Positions 63,151 through 64,000 of a stretch of 64,000 bases of DNA are shown here, piece after piece. Both the position numbers and the translations under genes were made by a program. The first letter of the stretch is position 1, and the number at the start of each line of letters is the position of its first letter. Location: the NCBI GenBank assembly GCA_051313645.2, contig JBNRSN020000005.1, positions 304,730,001 through 304,794,000 of the forward strand, written 5' to 3'. Below the pieces are notes generated by a model. The model saw only the letters and a list, made by a program, of their open reading frames with translations. It ran no database searches and was not told the DNA's origin. The DNA comes from Centroscyllium fabricii. Its lineage: Eukaryota.

Positions 63151-63429
63151 GATGTGATAACAGATACTTTTTGAAACCCCACTGAAGTGCATCTTGTAGA
63201 ACATTATCACATCAGTCTCGTGACAATTTCAGGTGTCTCTTCCTAAGTTTTTGATAGCTAAGATTTCTTTCAATGTTGTGTTAGTTTATTCTGCTCTGTT
63301 TTGTAGCTATGCAGGAAATTATGGTGTTTGTTCAAAAAGGCACAAGACGATTGGTATTGAATTGGTTAACCTGTCGTGTAAGCTCCTGTACCCTCTGTGC
63401 ATGGAAACTGGGATTTGGCGACGCATGGT

Positions 63430-64000
63430 GTCACGGCGACATGCAAGCTGTGATCCTGACCAATGGTTCCACCACAGACTCAATTCACGTACGAACCGGG
63501 GTCAAACAAGGCTGTGTCTTCGCACCAACGCTCTTCTCGATCTTCTTTGCTGCAATGCTCCATCTCCCCCTCCGTAAGCTCCCTGCTGGAGTGGGGCTAA
63601 CTTACAAAACAAACAGGAAACTGTTCAGCCTCCCGTCGCCTCCAGTCCAGATCCAAGGTCGTCCCATCCTCTGTCGTCTAATTACAGTATGCAGACGACG
63701 CTTGCGTCTGCGCTCACTCGGAGGTCGAACTCCAAAACATCGTCCGCACCTTCACCGAAGCGTACGAGAGCACGGGCCTTACGCTAAATATCCGTAAGAC
63801 AAAGGTCCTCTACCAACCTGCCCCCGCCACACAGTCCTGTCCCCGATTATCAAAATCCACGACAAGGCCTTGGGCAACATGGACCACTTTCCATACCACG
63901 GGAGCCTACTGTCAACAAGGGCAGACGTCGACGACGAAGTCCAACACTGTCTTCAGTGTGCCAGTGCAGCCTTCGGTCGCCTGAGGAAGAGTGTTTGAAG
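63430..64000 (+). mobile_element. RTE-clade LINE RT fragment (runs off the window)
   Basis: VRTGVKQGCVFAPTLFSIFF...LQYADD. Confidence 0.85.

Larger units (their letters stand above)
26229..64000 (+). other. TCF7L2: TCF7L2 intronic sequence downstream of exon 3 (no further exon recognised)
   Basis: No YLQMKWPLLD exon or HMG box seen; vertebrate TCF7L2 has very large introns at this position. Confidence 0.75.

Overview
Eukaryotic genomic DNA from a cartilaginous fish, most likely a shark (inferred from HE1-type V-SINEs, CR1/HER1-like LINEs and Deu-domain SINEs). The only host gene is the 5' end of TCF7L2 (TCF4) on the + strand: coding exons 1-3 at 25324-25512, 25770-25839 and 26104-26228 (beta-catenin-binding N-terminus), then at least 37.7 kb of intron to the window end. 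Bases 1-20.3 kb are almost entirely decayed, nested transposons (CR1, L2, two Gypsy LTR families, SINEs, Harbinger- and Tigger-like MITEs, Penelope fragments). Bases ~20.8-31.5 kb around the promoter contain no recognisable transposon. Most notable observations: (i) two Gypsy families with different LTR sequences both lack a tRNA primer-binding site and instead carry, one base after the 5' LTR, a perfect 13-nt reverse complement of their own LTR AATAAA region, suggesting self-priming or poly(A)-site occlusion; (ii) one of them ends at a cryptic LTR-end mimic inside gag with an intact TSD; (iii) several Penelope-derived minimal hammerhead-ribozyme motifs, one on the TCF7L2 sense strand inside a ~290-bp hairpin; (iv) clustered TCF/LEF and Pbx-Meis motifs in the TCF7L2 promoter. 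All calls were made by eye, with no database searches.
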